The notes: generated from the sequence alone by a model not told the origin. A stretch of DNA of 64,000 bases from Candidatus Poribacteria bacterium (GCA_965215015.1 OZ244042.1:2752001-2816000), one strand, 5' to 3'; shown: positions 27,641-39,160, counted from the first letter of the stretch. Program-made: numbers and translations.

Positions 27641-28810
27641 ATGACACGCCGACACGGGTTGAATTTAGTTCTTTGTATAGGTTGTGCCCTATTGATTATT
27701 ACCTGTAACCAGGAGCAACCCTCTGATAAAAATACGGATGGGCAGAAACAGGTAGGCGAGGCGGGTGCACCCCTCTCCCTCCCACAAGCGGATGGTCAGG
27801 AGGAGACACCGATACAGGAAGAAGAAGCCAAAGGAACAACAACCCAAGCCCCACACGGAAGCGACGAGCCGCCGGAGGTAGATCCCGTCCTTAAATCCTT
27901 CGGATTTACGTACGTGAAGCGCTTGAGGAGAGACGGGAGTTTTAGTTGGGTCCTCGTCGCGCCGGTAGATCAAGACAAAAATGAGAGGACAAGGGCACTT
28001 AATGCGAGTCTGACGGAGGCAGACTGGGAAGGAGTTGACCGTAATCGGTCCCATCCAAAAGTTGTTGAGATTCTGGTCGAAGGGATGGACGCTTTCACTG
28101 CCGCAAAATATCTTAAGGCACGGAGCGGGTATAGGAAGTATGTCATTGAATATGTGGATAGGGCAATTGCAGAGAATCCTGGCAATTTTGAGATGCTGCT
28201 GTTTCGGGCGCAAAATATTGATTACGAAGACAAGGAAGGCATAGAAGCGGCATATCGTCAACTATATCAGATGAAACCCGATTCAATTGAAGTGTTAGCT
28301 GGATTGGGACAAGTGCTAACATCTCAGGAGAAGCCTGATGAAGCGATTATATATCTCCACAAGGTGGTGACTCAAGATCCATCCCACAGTGAGGCTTACA
28401 TGAATCTCGGCATGAATTACCGTAGTCTGAGGCGGTGGGAGGAAGCGGTGGCTGCCTACGAGAAGGCTGGGAAACTTGACCCTGGGATAAAGTGGATTAC
28501 TGATGCAAGTATTAAAAGAACATATCAAATGAGAAAAGAGACAGAGTTACGAGAACCTGTGGACACAGAGATAGAAGATACCTTTCCTTCCGCGCCTCCT
28601 TCTTTGGAGGGAGCTCACTTCACCCCTGATACGCCGGCTGTTTTAGGGCGTGAAAGTGAGCCTACCGATAAGCCGCTTGACTTTACGCTGCCCGGTAAAA
28701 ATTCAGAGATAAGTGCCGCCGAAGAAGACGATAAAGAGGTTCGACGGGAATCGGAGGCTTTTCAGAATGGACGTGAACGTTCGCGGAAACGTGAATATGA
28801 TGAAGACTGA
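27641..28810 (+). CDS. TPR-repeat lipoprotein-like protein
   Basis: GAGGT RBS; MTRRHG-hydrophobic-LIITC N-terminus; TPR motifs (LAGLGQVL, AYMNLGMNY..A...YEKA). Confidence 0.8.
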   Translation: MTRRHGLNLVLCIGCALLIITCNQEQPSDKNTDGQKQVGEAGAPLSLPQADGQEETPIQEEEAKGTTTQAPHGSDEPPEVDPVLKSFGFTYVKRLRRDGSFSWVLVAPVDQDKNERTRALNASLTEADWEGVDRNRSHPKVVEILVEGMDAFTAAKYLKARSGYRKYVIEYVDRAIAENPGNFEMLLFRAQNIDYEDKEGIEAAYRQLYQMKPDSIEVLAGLGQVLTSQEKPDEAIIYLHKVVTQDPSHSEAYMNLGMNYRSLRRWEEAVAAYEKAGKLDPGIKWITDASIKRTYQMRKETELREPVDTEIEDTFPSAPPSLEGAHFTPDTPAVLGRESEPTDKPLDFTLPGKNSEISAAEEDDKEVRRESEAFQNGRERSRKREYDED

Positions 28811-29239
28811 TCCGCCCATCAGACACCGAATCACATCTTAAGCGCACTTCGGCTTCGGTATGCCCGCAGTTGTTCGATTTCACCTTGCTCGTGCGGCCTC
28901 ACGAAAGTCTCGCTCCCATCAAATCGGAATAGAGGTCAAGCGGTCGCATGGGGCTTCTCGATTGAAGAAATCATAGGGAATACCAACGGGTATTCCCTAC
29001 TTGCAACGGACGGGGTGATCCCGCCCCTACGGTTTCTCTTTGGGCTTTCTTTTTATATGAGCTACTTTTCTAATCTCGATCATATTAAAAAATAATGCAA
29101 AGGAACCGTAGAAACCAACCAACTAATGAACCAATGAACAAATTATCTTCACCTTTCACGTTCTTATCGCTGTGCACCTTCTTTTTTTCACATAAGCCCT
29201 CTACCCAAGCCCATCTATGGAGGACTACAAGGATATAGC

Positions 29240-29953
29240 ATGTCCCAAAATCAACTCATCGTCGCTTTAGATGTCGAAAACTTAGCAGCAGCAAAACAAC
29301 TGGTCACCACCCTTTCCGATGAGGCCAAATGGTTCAAAATCGGCAAACAACTCTTTACTGTCGTCGGTCCCGCTTCCATCAACCTACTACGTGAAGCGAA
29401 AAAAGATATCTTTCTGGATCTTAAATTCTACGACATTCCCAACACGGTCGCCGGCGCAGTGGCATCTGGGACAAAGGTTGGTGCCAATATGATCAATATG
29501 CACGCTTCGGGCGGATTTGAGATGATGCGTGCCGCAAGGGAGGCCGCCGAGAAACAAGCATTTGAACTCGACATTTCAAAACCAACACTTTTAGGGGTGA
29601 CCATCCTCACAAGCGTCGATGAAGTGAGTTTTCAGCGTGATTTTGGGACACAGTGCCAGCTAAACGATCAGGTCGCTTATCTCGCAGAACTATCCCAGAA
29701 GGCGGGGTTGGATGGCGTGGTCGCCTCGCCATTGGAGATTGAGTTGATTCGGAAGGTTTGCGGCAACGATTTTGTGATTGTTACACCGGGCGTCCGTCCG
29801 ATGTGGGCGGCATCGAACGATCAGCAGCGGGTCATGACACCCGCCGAAGCAATTGAGGCCGGTGCAGATTACATCGTCGTTGGCAGGCCCATCACGGCAT
29901 CGGATAATCCACGCGAGTCGGCGAGGGCAATACTTCAAGAAATCAATAAGTGA
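29240..29953 (+). CDS. pyrF: Orotidine-5'-phosphate decarboxylase
   Basis: IVALD, FKIG, DLKFYDIPNTV, VTPGVRP, DQQRV and VVGRPIT motifs. Confidence 0.97.
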   Translation: MSQNQLIVALDVENLAAAKQLVTTLSDEAKWFKIGKQLFTVVGPASINLLREAKKDIFLDLKFYDIPNTVAGAVASGTKVGANMINMHASGGFEMMRAAREAAEKQAFELDISKPTLLGVTILTSVDEVSFQRDFGTQCQLNDQVAYLAELSQKAGLDGVVASPLEIELIRKVCGNDFVIVTPGVRPMWAASNDQQRVMTPAEAIEAGADYIVVGRPITASDNPRESARAILQEINK

Positions 29954-30064
29954 AACGTGATGCACCAATTTAAGAGTTGATGATGGATTCAACGAGATCC
30001 CGCTTCCAGTCGTCAAAGATACAGATCGCATTTTGAACATGAGGATTATAAGTCTCGACAGTCA

Positions 30065-31867
30065 ATGAATAACCAACAAAAGATACGCAACTACTGCATT
30101 TTAGGACATATAGATCACGGCAAGAGCACACTCAGTGATCGCCTTTTGGAGTATACCGGCACGTTGACACCCCGCGAGATGCGCGAGCAGGTCTTGGACC
30201 TGATGGATCTTGAGCGTGAACGTGGCATTACCATTAAAGCAACCGTTGTGAAGCTCAATTATCGCGCAACCGATGGGGAGGTCTACGAACTGAACCTGAT
30301 TGACACCCCTGGGCATGTTGATTTCACCTACGAAGTCTCGCGGAGCCTTGCAGCGTGTGAGGGTGCCATTTTGATCGTTGATGCCGCCCAAGGTGTAGAG
30401 GCGCAGACGTTAGCAAACGCTTATCTCGCAATTGATCACGATCTGGAGATTATTCCTGTCATCAATAAAATCGATCTCCCGACCGCGCGTCCTGAGGAGG
30501 TCAGAAGACAAATTGAAGAAGTTGTTGGCATCCCCTCAGACGAAGCGATTTTGGTGAGTGCAAAGGAAAATATCGGTACACAGGAGATATTGGAAACAAT
30601 TGTTAATCGGATCCCTCCACCGAAAGGGAATACCGATGATTCTCTGAAGGCACTAGTCATCGACTCGGTATACGACAGCTATCGGGGTGTCGTCATGTAT
30701 GTGCGTGTTTTTGATGGGAGCGTGAAGGTGGGCGACAAGATCCGTTTGATGGCAGCGAAGAGTGCTTATGAAGTCGAGGAGGTCGGGGTTTTCCTGCCAC
30801 ACATGAAACCTACCGATGTACTATCAACAGGTTCAGTTGGTTATGTGATTGCTGGAGTTCGAGAAATAGCGGACGCAAAAATCGGTGAAACAATTACCGA
30901 CCACACCAGACCGACATCAGCACCGCTGCCCGGCTACCGTGAAATGAAGCCACTTGTATTTTGTGGACTATATCCAGCGGACACCAGCGAGGTGGGGGCA
31001 CTGAGAGAAGCACTCGAAAGGCTTAAACTCAACGATGATTCTTTCAGATTTGAGTCTGAAATCTCTGGCGCGCTTGGATTTGGCTTTCGGTGTGGTTTCC
31101 TCGGATTACTGCACATGGAAATCATCCAAGAACGCCTTGAACGCGAATTTGATCTCTCCCTTGTTCGCACCTCACCGAGTGTTAAGTACCGTGTCATCCA
31201 ACGAGATGGTGAGTGCGTTGAAGTCGATAATCCCGCGAAGATGCCTGCCGTTGATCAGATCGATTTTATTGCAGAGCCTCACATCACCGCTGACATCATC
31301 GTGCCGAGAGATTACATCGGAAATGTGATGGATTTGTGTCAAAAGAGACGCGGCATTTTCATTCGTATGGATCAGCTGGATGCAACCCGTGTACAGATTA
31401 GCTACGATCTGCCCTTGGGAGAAATTCTCATTGATTTTTACGACAAACTCAAATCATTGACACGCGGCTACGGTTCACTTGAGTACGAAATTGGTGAGTA
31501 TAAACCCGCAGCCCTCGTGAAGTTGGATATTTTGCTCAACGAAAAACCAGTTGATGCGCTCTCAACGATTGTTCACCGCGACATGGCTTACGGCCGGGGG
31601 AAAGCGTTGGTAGAAAAATTGAGAGAAGTGATTCCGCAGCAGATGTTTACCGTGCCCATTCAAGCGGCGATCGGGCATAAAGTGATTTCGCGTGAAACTA
31701 TTCGTGCTTTACGGAAGAACGTGACATCAAAGCTGTACGGCGGTGATGTTACCCGCAAGCGGAAGCTGATCGAAAAGCAAAAGGAGGGGAAAAAACGGAT
31801 GAAACAGATTGGAAGTGTTGAGATACCACAGGAAGCATTTATGGCAATTCTGTCGATTGATGAGTAA
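30065..31867 (+). CDS. lepA: Elongation factor 4
   Basis: [40 protein letters not shown] and [11 protein letters not shown] motifs. Confidence 0.98.
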   Translation: MNNQQKIRNYCILGHIDHGKSTLSDRLLEYTGTLTPREMREQVLDLMDLERERGITIKATVVKLNYRATDGEVYELNLIDTPGHVDFTYEVSRSLAACEGAILIVDAAQGVEAQTLANAYLAIDHDLEIIPVINKIDLPTARPEEVRRQIEEVVGIPSDEAILVSAKENIGTQEILETIVNRIPPPKGNTDDSLKALVIDSVYDSYRGVVMYVRVFDGSVKVGDKIRLMAAKSAYEVEEVGVFLPHMKPTDVLSTGSVGYVIAGVREIADAKIGETITDHTRPTSAPLPGYREMKPLVFCGLYPADTSEVGALREALERLKLNDDSFRFESEISGALGFGFRCGFLGLLHMEIIQERLEREFDLSLVRTSPSVKYRVIQRDGECVEVDNPAKMPAVDQIDFIAEPHITADIIVPRDYIGNVMDLCQKRRGIFIRMDQLDATRVQISYDLPLGEILIDFYDKLKSLTRGYGSLEYEIGEYKPAALVKLDILLNEKPVDALSTIVHRDMAYGRGKALVEKLREVIPQQMFTVPIQAAIGHKVISRETIRALRKNVTSKLYGGDVTRKRKLIEKQKEGKKRMKQIGSVEIPQEAFMAILSIDE

Positions 31868-31898
31868 AATATGTATTACATTTGGAGGTTACACACTT

Positions 31899-32699
31899 AT
31901 GAATGAAATGTCGGTAGAGACGCAGGAAGAAGCCCCTTCACGGTGGCAGAGATTCCAACGAACTGTGGTATGGGAATATCTTCAAGTTATCGTGGTTGCT
32001 TTCGTACTCGTCTTTGGATTTATTCGTCCCTTTGTCGTTGAAGCGTTCAAAATTCCATCCGGTTCAATGGAAGAGACCTTGCTTATTGGAGATCGTATCC
32101 TCGTCTGCAAATTTATCTATGGTATCAACATCCCGGGAACGAAAGTTAAACTGTTTGACTTCCATAAACCTGCAAGAGGCGATGTTTTTGTATTTGTTCC
32201 CCCTCACGAGCGAACCAAGAACTTTATCAAACGGATTGTTGCAGTCGGAGGCGACACGATTGAGACGAAAGGGGATACACTCTACGTCAACGGGGTAGTC
32301 ATTGAAGATGCTGCCTATACAAAACATGTCCCTCATGTCATTGGTCATCGGTACGATTTCCCGCCCTTCCGCAAGCCCTATCATTTGCCCAGTGACAACG
32401 CCTTTTCGCCTTATAAACTCTCACCGAATCAGTTCCGCATGAGGTTTCCAGATGGTAGACCGTTTGAAGTGCCAGAAGGGTATGTTTTTGCAATGGGGGA
32501 TAATCGGGATCAGAGTAGCGACAGCCGCACATGGGGACCTGTATCAGTGAACGATATTAAGGGACAAGCCTTTATGGTCTATTGGTCTTACGACGCATTC
32601 AATCGGAAAAAACCCTGGGAGATTTGGAAAGTTATCAATGGCATTCGGTTTTCCCGAATTGGGAGCTTGATTCGATCCGAGTTTGATGGTAAGCATTGA
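31899..32699 (+). CDS. lepB: Signal peptidase I
   Basis: IPSGSM, FIKRIV, GDNRDQSSDSR; follows lepA; GGAGG RBS. Confidence 0.96.
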   Translation: MNEMSVETQEEAPSRWQRFQRTVVWEYLQVIVVAFVLVFGFIRPFVVEAFKIPSGSMEETLLIGDRILVCKFIYGINIPGTKVKLFDFHKPARGDVFVFVPPHERTKNFIKRIVAVGGDTIETKGDTLYVNGVVIEDAAYTKHVPHVIGHRYDFPPFRKPYHLPSDNAFSPYKLSPNQFRMRFPDGRPFEVPEGYVFAMGDNRDQSSDSRTWGPVSVNDIKGQAFMVYWSYDAFNRKKPWEIWKVINGIRFSRIGSLIRSEFDGKH

Positions 32700-32745
32700 G
32701 AAAACCGTTAGTTTGTGGCATCAACAAAGAGGAGGAAGCTGACTA

Positions 32746-33861
32746 TTGTCCGTCGAAGTCCGTTTAAACCATATCGTAAAAGCCTTTGATACTACGATCG
32801 CTGTGAATGATGTCAACCTTGAGATTAAAGAGGGAGAGCTGTTTTTTCTCCTCGGTCCATCGGGGTGTGGAAAGACCACCTGCCTACGCATCCTCGCGGG
32901 ATTTTACGAACCGGATAGCGGGAAATTAATGTTTGGCGATCGGGAGATGAGTAGAATCCCACCGCATAAGCGGAATACCGGGATGGTGTTCCAGAATTAC
33001 GCGCTTTGGCCCCATATGACTGTCTTTGAGAATGTCGAATACGGTTTGTCGCTTCGCAAGATTGATAAGGCTATCCGAAAAGAGAAGGTCCACGAAGTCT
33101 TGGAGGTCGTGCAGATGCCAGAGTACGCCGATCGCCCTGTCAATAAGTTATCCGGCGGGCAGCAGCAGCGCATCGCTTTGGCACGTGCCCTCGTCGTAGA
33201 ACCGGATGTGCTACTCCTCGACGAACCGTTAAGCAACCTTGACGCGAAGCTACGGCTTGAAATGCGGCAGGAAATTAAGCGCATTCACTCACAAGCCGGT
33301 GCCACCGCCGTTTATGTCACGCACGATCAGCAAGAGGCGATTCATCTCGCAGACCGAATGGCGGTCATGAAAGAAGGCTCAATCATCCAAGTGGGCACCC
33401 CGCGTGAAATTTATCGGTTCCCTACCAATCCGTTTGTTGCTAGTTTTATCGGCGAAACCAATTTTATCAGCGGTAAGATCCAATCTCTATCTAACGGAAC
33501 GGCTGAGATTGAAACGGAAATCGGGATGTTGCGCTCAACGACAATCTATCACGATTTCACAAACGGTGAAGTGGTGACTTGCTGCATCCGTCCGGAGTCA
33601 ATACATCTCAAAGAAGCGATTGCTGAAGGGGAGCCAAACCAACTGAGTGCAAAGGTTCTCAACGCGACCTATCTGGGACGTATTGAGGAATATCACCTAG
33701 CACTCGCCGAAAAATTGACAGCGAAAGCGGTGCTATACAATCCAAGAACCCACGGCAGAAATGTCGGTGATACGCTTTCCATATCCGTTAGCACAGAAGA
33801 TGTAATCCCTTTACCAGCGGAAACACCTTACAGCGATGAGGAAGAGCGCGAGGTATCGTGA
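32746..33861 (+). CDS. ABC transporter ATP-binding protein (PotA/FbpC-like, C-terminal TOBE domain)
   Basis: GPSGCGKTT, FQNYALWPH, LSGGQQQR, LLLDEP and YVTHDQ motifs. Confidence 0.95.
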   Translation: MSVEVRLNHIVKAFDTTIAVNDVNLEIKEGELFFLLGPSGCGKTTCLRILAGFYEPDSGKLMFGDREMSRIPPHKRNTGMVFQNYALWPHMTVFENVEYGLSLRKIDKAIRKEKVHEVLEVVQMPEYADRPVNKLSGGQQQRIALARALVVEPDVLLLDEPLSNLDAKLRLEMRQEIKRIHSQAGATAVYVTHDQQEAIHLADRMAVMKEGSIIQVGTPREIYRFPTNPFVASFIGETNFISGKIQSLSNGTAEIETEIGMLRSTTIYHDFTNGEVVTCCIRPESIHLKEAIAEGEPNQLSAKVLNATYLGRIEEYHLALAEKLTAKAVLYNPRTHGRNVGDTLSISVSTEDVIPLPAETPYSDEEEREVS

Positions 33862-34580
33862 ATCCACTGAAAATCATGAAAGTTAAAATATTACTCCTCG
33901 CCGCAGCTGTCTTCCTACTCCTGTTTTTCGCTATCCCTCCTTTTCACGATTGGCTCGTGAGTATCTTTGAACTCTTCAGGGACCCACAGGCGATGCGGGA
34001 ATACATCGCCGCTTATGGTCCGCTCGCCCCGGTAATCTCTGCACTCCTGATGGTACTTCAGAGTGTTGCCGCCCCGTTGCCTGCTTTCCTCATAACTTTC
34101 GCCAACGGGCTGCTGTTCGGTGTATGGTGGGGTGCTGCATTGTCATGGAGCAGTGCTATGTTGGGTGCCGCACTCTGTTTTTTCATCGCCCGGTACTTTG
34201 GGCGCCCTGTTGTCGTCAAGCTGGTGAGTGAGTCAGCCGTTGCCTCTTCCGATCGGTTTTTTGACCGCTACGGCAAATATGCGGTGCTCATTGCGCGTTT
34301 AGTCCCTGTTGTTTCATTCGATGTAATTAGCTACGGATCGGGGTTGACCGGTATGAGGTTTATCGGGTTCTGGGCCGCCACCGGAATCGGGCAACTGCCC
34401 GCAACGATTTTATACTCCTATCTTGGAGATGAAGCAACTGGTACAATCAAAATTCTGTTCTGGGCTTTCGGGATTGTCATTGCAATCTCCATTGGGACTG
34501 TCTTGATTAAGCGTCGATCGGGTGGTATCACGCCATCATTTGGAAAAGGGAACGCACCAAGGGAAACGCCCTTTCTTTAA
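33858..34580 (+). CDS. TVP38/TMEM64 (DedA superfamily) membrane protein
   Basis: APLPAFLITFANGLLFG, ARLVPVVSFD and GQLPAT motifs. Confidence 0.9.
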   Translation: MNPLKIMKVKILLLAAAVFLLLFFAIPPFHDWLVSIFELFRDPQAMREYIAAYGPLAPVISALLMVLQSVAAPLPAFLITFANGLLFGVWWGAALSWSSAMLGAALCFFIARYFGRPVVVKLVSESAVASSDRFFDRYGKYAVLIARLVPVVSFDVISYGSGLTGMRFIGFWAATGIGQLPATILYSYLGDEATGTIKILFWAFGIVIAISIGTVLIKRRSGGITPSFGKGNAPRETPFL

Positions 34581-34702
34581 CGGATACTTCGGATGTTCAG
34601 CCCTGTGATGCGTTGGTTGCGAGTTGATTAAATCAGTAGACAAAATGAAACGACCTTTTTTGGTGGATCGAATATAGTGATAACGATTGTTTGGAGGAAT
34701 CC

Positions 34703-35923
34703 ATGGAAATTCGTGGCATCCGTGAATCAGAATTGGCGGAAATGATTGACTTGCAATGCCGGGTTTTTCGACCGGATGGGCATGAACGGTACTGGCAATA
34801 CGTTCGCACCGATCCAAGCTATCGGTACGACCAATCTCGTGTCGTGGTAGTGAACGGGCGAATTGTTTCGACCCTCCGTGTCTGGGAACGCGAAATGCGG
34901 ATTGGCTCTGTCGCTGTGCCGATGGGAGGAATTGGAGGGGTAGGCACACACCCGGACCATCAAGGTGCTGGTTATGCCACAGCGTTGATGAAAAACACGG
35001 TTTCCTACATGCGGACAGGGGGCTATGACGTTGGGGTGCTTTTTTCGGCTATCCCATGTGCCTTTTATAGGAAGTTGGGGTGGGCGAGTGTACCGTTGGC
35101 AGGTTTTCGAGTGACCCGAAGGCAAAGAATCGGGGTTGAAGAAACAGAATGGAGTGTTGAGCCTTTCGATGAAGAGCGTGATCTGGAGCCGTCCATCGCG
35201 CTTTACGATGAGTACAACGCCGAGCAGAGCGGATCGCTTGTGCGCACACGATCCTATTGGGGTAGCGGTCCCGCACGGCTACGGGATATTTTGCCGACAG
35301 TGGTCGCTCGACATGGGGACAGGCTTGGAGGCTATCTCAACTTTCAGGTTGATAGCAAAAGTGCAAACATCCTCGAAGTTGCACATGACCGAACACAACC
35401 GCAAGCCTTAACGGCGTTGGTGGGTCATCTGCTGCAAATCTGTGACCGAGAAGGAGTAGAGGAACTTCACAGCGATATTCCGCATCGACATCCAATGGTC
35501 GATCTGCTTGCTGAAGGGACAGCGGGAGATACCTTCTTAACCGGTAACTCCGCTATGATGCTATATCCTGTAAATCTCCCCGCCTTGCTCCGGCGACTCC
35601 TGCCTGAACTACAAGTGCGGCTCGATGCAGCGAATCAAAAATTCGCCGCCCTCTCGATCTGCTTTGCCGTGAGCGGCCAAGAGGCAGGGCTGCGCCTACA
35701 CGACGATGGAACGCTTCAAACCACCGACTCGGATGAGGGGGCGATTCATCTGGCGTTGCCGGGACATCTCTTTTGGCGGGCACTGCTCGGCGAATCTAGT
35801 TGGAGCCAGCTGGAGCCGACCTTGCATCAAAGAGGGATTTCGGTGGAAATGGAGATCGCAGCCCTGTTGTCAATCCTGTTTCCACAACGGGAGGTTATCT
35901 TCTGGGGACCAGACCATTATTGA
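34703..35923 (+). CDS. Eis-like GNAT acetyltransferase
   Basis: GIGGVGTHPDHQGAGYATALM and FYRKLGW motifs; ~400 aa Eis-like length. Confidence 0.88.
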   Translation: MEIRGIRESELAEMIDLQCRVFRPDGHERYWQYVRTDPSYRYDQSRVVVVNGRIVSTLRVWEREMRIGSVAVPMGGIGGVGTHPDHQGAGYATALMKNTVSYMRTGGYDVGVLFSAIPCAFYRKLGWASVPLAGFRVTRRQRIGVEETEWSVEPFDEERDLEPSIALYDEYNAEQSGSLVRTRSYWGSGPARLRDILPTVVARHGDRLGGYLNFQVDSKSANILEVAHDRTQPQALTALVGHLLQICDREGVEELHSDIPHRHPMVDLLAEGTAGDTFLTGNSAMMLYPVNLPALLRRLLPELQVRLDAANQKFAALSICFAVSGQEAGLRLHDDGTLQTTDSDEGAIHLALPGHLFWRALLGESSWSQLEPTLHQRGISVEMEIAALLSILFPQREVIFWGPDHY

Positions 35924-35972
35924 GTCGTAGGGAAAACCGATCGGTGTTCCTTACTACAAACTGGAGGCAAAC

Positions 35973-36764
35973 ATGAAAATCGGTGTCACACAAATCATTC
36001 TTGGAACAATGTCGCTGGACGACACGCTTAACCTCTGTCACGATGCGGGTTATGAAGCAGTTGAGTTGACATTCCGAGACGGAAAAGATCTGAATGCGGA
36101 CATGAGCACATCAGAAATTGAGAACGTCGGTGAAAAGTGCAGAGAGGCAGGGGTTGAAATTGGTAGTGTCATTGCTAGCTATGCAGATCGTGGAAATCTG
36201 CTCAGTCCAGACGCGGGAGAGCGGGAGAGCGGCGTCAAATCCCTCGTCCGCAACCTTGAAATCGCAGGTATACTCGGTGTGGACGGAATCCTCCTGCACC
36301 CCGGACAGCTCACCGTTTCTGAGACCTACCAATCGGTTTGGGATAACCTGATCGGTATTCTGAAAGAGGTTGCTCCGATCGCCGCACGAAACAGCGCCGC
36401 GGTTGGGATTGAAAATGTTTGGAACAAATTCCTGCTGAGTCCGAAAGAGATGCGCGAATTTATTGATGAGGTTGAGAGCGAATGGGTGGGAGTCTACCTC
36501 GACACCGCCAATATGATGGCTTACGGCTATCCTGAACACTGGATTCGTGAATTAGGGACTCGGATTCGGCGCGTTCATTTTAAGGACTTTGATCGACAAG
36601 CGCATCAATTCGTCAATTTGCTCGATGGGGACACCGATTGGCGCACGGTGGTTCATGAACTCCGCGCCATTGGATACGATGGTCCTGTCATCCACGAGGT
36701 TGGCGGCGACCATGCCGCTCAGGTTGACCTCGCTGAACGGATGCGGAAGATTGTTTCAATGTAA
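35973..36764 (+). CDS. Sugar phosphate isomerase/epimerase (xylose isomerase-like TIM barrel)
   Basis: ENVWNKFL, YLDTAN, VHFKD and GYDG motifs. Confidence 0.92.
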   Translation: MKIGVTQIILGTMSLDDTLNLCHDAGYEAVELTFRDGKDLNADMSTSEIENVGEKCREAGVEIGSVIASYADRGNLLSPDAGERESGVKSLVRNLEIAGILGVDGILLHPGQLTVSETYQSVWDNLIGILKEVAPIAARNSAAVGIENVWNKFLLSPKEMREFIDEVESEWVGVYLDTANMMAYGYPEHWIRELGTRIRRVHFKDFDRQAHQFVNLLDGDTDWRTVVHELRAIGYDGPVIHEVGGDHAAQVDLAERMRKIVSM

Positions 36765-36787
36765 TCCAATTCCGTTCATTGGATAGT

Positions 36788-37687
36788 TCAATCTTCCAGG
36801 TTCACTGGGCAGACACGGAACTCTGCTTCAAAGGCACGCCAGATTTCGGGCGGGACGTTTGCGGTTGCCGCTTCGTATGCTTCCTCAACCTGTGTTGTAT
36901 TAGCGGGGCCCACCATCACTATACCGTCTATGGGCGCAGCCAAGCAGAATTGAAGCGCGAGGTGGCGGATGTTTACCCCGTGTTTTTGGCACCACTGCCA
37001 CATCATGTGCGCCCTCGGCTTGGCACCGGGGTGGCGATGCTGCTCAGTCTCCACGTCCGGCTCCACACCGGTCAGTGATCCCATACCCAAAGGGCTTGCG
37101 AGAATAATGCCCACATCATATTCACGGGCTAACGGCAGCGTTGTTTGGGCAACTGATTGGTCGAGCAGATTGTAGTCCAGAAATGTCAGAACAACCTCGA
37201 TGTTGCCGGTTTCAATCGCGACTCGATGGAACTCGTGCGAGCGTACGCCGAGTCCGATATGTAGAACAAGCCCCTCCTCCTTCATTTTTAGTAACTCGTC
37301 CAGCGCACGACCTGGTCCCAAGGGATCTTCAATCGTAATCGGATCGTGAATAAGGACTGAATCTAAGTAATCGGTCCTGAGTTGCTTGAGACTGTTCTCT
37401 ACGCTCCGACGTGTGGTATTGTCGGAGAAGTCTTTATTTGGACCTGGAGGACTGACCTTGGCTTGCAGATAGATTTTTTCCCGCAGACCACCGGCAAGTG
37501 CCTTACCCCAACGCTCCTCTGCATGACCGGGATAAGTGTCCAGATAATTGATACCTAATTCAATCGCGCGATGGATAGCATCAATCGTTTCAGTTTCGGA
37601 TCCTTGCGCCAACCAAGCAGCACCCAAGCCGAGTGACTTTGGTCGCATCTCAGTGCGTCCCATCCGTCGGGTTTCCAGTTCTGCCAT
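36788..37687 (-). CDS. Aldo/keto reductase
   Basis: GINYLDTY, SLKQLRTDYLD..LIH and YNLL motifs. Confidence 0.92.
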   Translation of the reverse strand: MAELETRRMGRTEMRPKSLGLGAAWLAQGSETETIDAIHRAIELGINYLDTYPGHAEERWGKALAGGLREKIYLQAKVSPPGPNKDFSDNTTRRSVENSLKQLRTDYLDSVLIHDPITIEDPLGPGRALDELLKMKEEGLVLHIGLGVRSHEFHRVAIETGNIEVVLTFLDYNLLDQSVAQTTLPLAREYDVGIILASPLGMGSLTGVEPDVETEQHRHPGAKPRAHMMWQWCQKHGVNIRHLALQFCLAAPIDGIVMVGPANTTQVEEAYEAATANVPPEIWRAFEAEFRVCPVNLED

Positions 37688-37972
37688 TATCTCTCCTTAT
37701 ATCTTTGAGGGTTGCTCATAATAAAGGCTGCCAACTTCTGAGAAATGTGCCCCCTCCGCTGGCACGATTTTACGAAGCTGAAATCTTGGAGCCGTTCAAA
37801 CGAAAACGTGATATAATAGTCACTGTCAGGATAGCACATGTGAGAATCCTTCCTTTCTTAGAGGTTTGATAAGATTATAACCGTTATCCTGACTCAAGTC
37901 TACCTATAAGTACCCCTCAACTAATGAACCCCAATGGTTCTCACGTTTCACATTTCACGCTGTGTAATCTTA

Positions 37973-39094
37973 ATGCATATCAAATCAACCCAGATCCTTT
38001 TTCCAATCCTCATCACCTTTTTAGCACTCCTCATCAACGCCCTGATTATGCTCGCGTGCGGGTACCAACCGATCAAGGCATTTGTCGCTATGTATCAAGG
38101 CGCATTGGGAGGAATGCGGGAGGTGACCGAGACGTTTGTAAAAACCTGCCCGCTACTACTAACTGGATTGGCTGTAGCGTTTGCATTTCGGTGTGGTGTC
38201 TGGAACATCGGTGCCGAAGGGCAATACCTCATCGGCACGCTGGTCATCACATGGATTGGCACATCAATTACCACCCTGCCTCCATTTCTGTTTATCCCTC
38301 TGATTCTTGGATTTGGATTTGCCGCCGGCGGCCTCTGGGGGATAATCGCCGGACTTCTCAAAGCCTATCGCGGTGTGCAGGAGGTAATCAGCACAATCAT
38401 GCTCAACTTCATCGCGCTTGAGCTGGTTCGTTACTCTATAGACGGTGGGCCGTTACAAGAGGCAACGAAGGCATATCAGCAGAGCGAAAGAATTGTAGCA
38501 AACGCCGTCCTGCCCCGTTTACTTCCGAAGGAGTGGATTCCATACAACCGATTCCACTTGGGGATTATCCTTGCACTTATGCTTGCGGCCCTCTTATATT
38601 GGATCCTGTTTCGCACGGTTCTCGGTTATCAAATCCGCGCGGTTGGACAAAACCAAGTTGCCGCAAGGGTCGCAGGAATTAACGTTTCTCGAAATATCAT
38701 CGTCGCTATGTTAATCAGCGGGGGGTTAGCGGGATTAGCAGGCACAATTGAATTAATAGGGTTGAGTCCCCATCGACTCTATCAGAATACCCCCGGATAC
38801 GGCTATACAGCTATTGCTGTGGCCCTGCTTGGGCGGCTTCATCCAATTGGCGTTATCTTTTCGGCGTTGCTCTTTGGTATGCTACAAGCTGGATCCGAGC
38901 AGATGCAGATAGAGGCCCAAGTGCCCTCAAAATTAACGTGGGTGACGCAAGCCACTGTTCTCCTCCTTGTCTTAGGTTTTAGCATGTATGAGACAGCACA
39001 GACTAACAAGCAAGCAATCCGAGATAGCTCGTTTTATACAAGAGTCAAATCTGTGCTTTCTAACGTCTTAAAAATGAACTTAAAAATGAAGTAG
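37973..39094 (+). CDS. ABC transporter permease (nucleoside/simple sugar family)
   Basis: WNIGAEGQ, EVISTIMLN, SGGLAGLAG and GYTAIAVALLG motifs. Confidence 0.92.
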   Translation: MHIKSTQILFPILITFLALLINALIMLACGYQPIKAFVAMYQGALGGMREVTETFVKTCPLLLTGLAVAFAFRCGVWNIGAEGQYLIGTLVITWIGTSITTLPPFLFIPLILGFGFAAGGLWGIIAGLLKAYRGVQEVISTIMLNFIALELVRYSIDGGPLQEATKAYQQSERIVANAVLPRLLPKEWIPYNRFHLGIILALMLAALLYWILFRTVLGYQIRAVGQNQVAARVAGINVSRNIIVAMLISGGLAGLAGTIELIGLSPHRLYQNTPGYGYTAIAVALLGRLHPIGVIFSALLFGMLQAGSEQMQIEAQVPSKLTWVTQATVLLLVLGFSMYETAQTNKQAIRDSSFYTRVKSVLSNVLKMNLKMK

Positions 39095-39106
39095 AGTAGG
39101 TATAAA

Positions 39107-39160
39107 AACGGAATTTTTGTCAAAAACTCCGTTCCTCTTCGCGCTCTGATCTTTCTTTTA
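39107..39160 (+). terminator. Possible hairpin terminator or REP-like palindrome
   Basis: AACGGAATTTTTG-T-CAAAAACTCCGTT imperfect inverted repeat followed by T-rich sequence. Confidence 0.35.

Noticed and set aside
27254-28810. Single 518-aa protein
   Set aside because: An internal RBS and lipoprotein-type signal at 27641 and the lack of a good upstream start favour a fragment plus a separate gene
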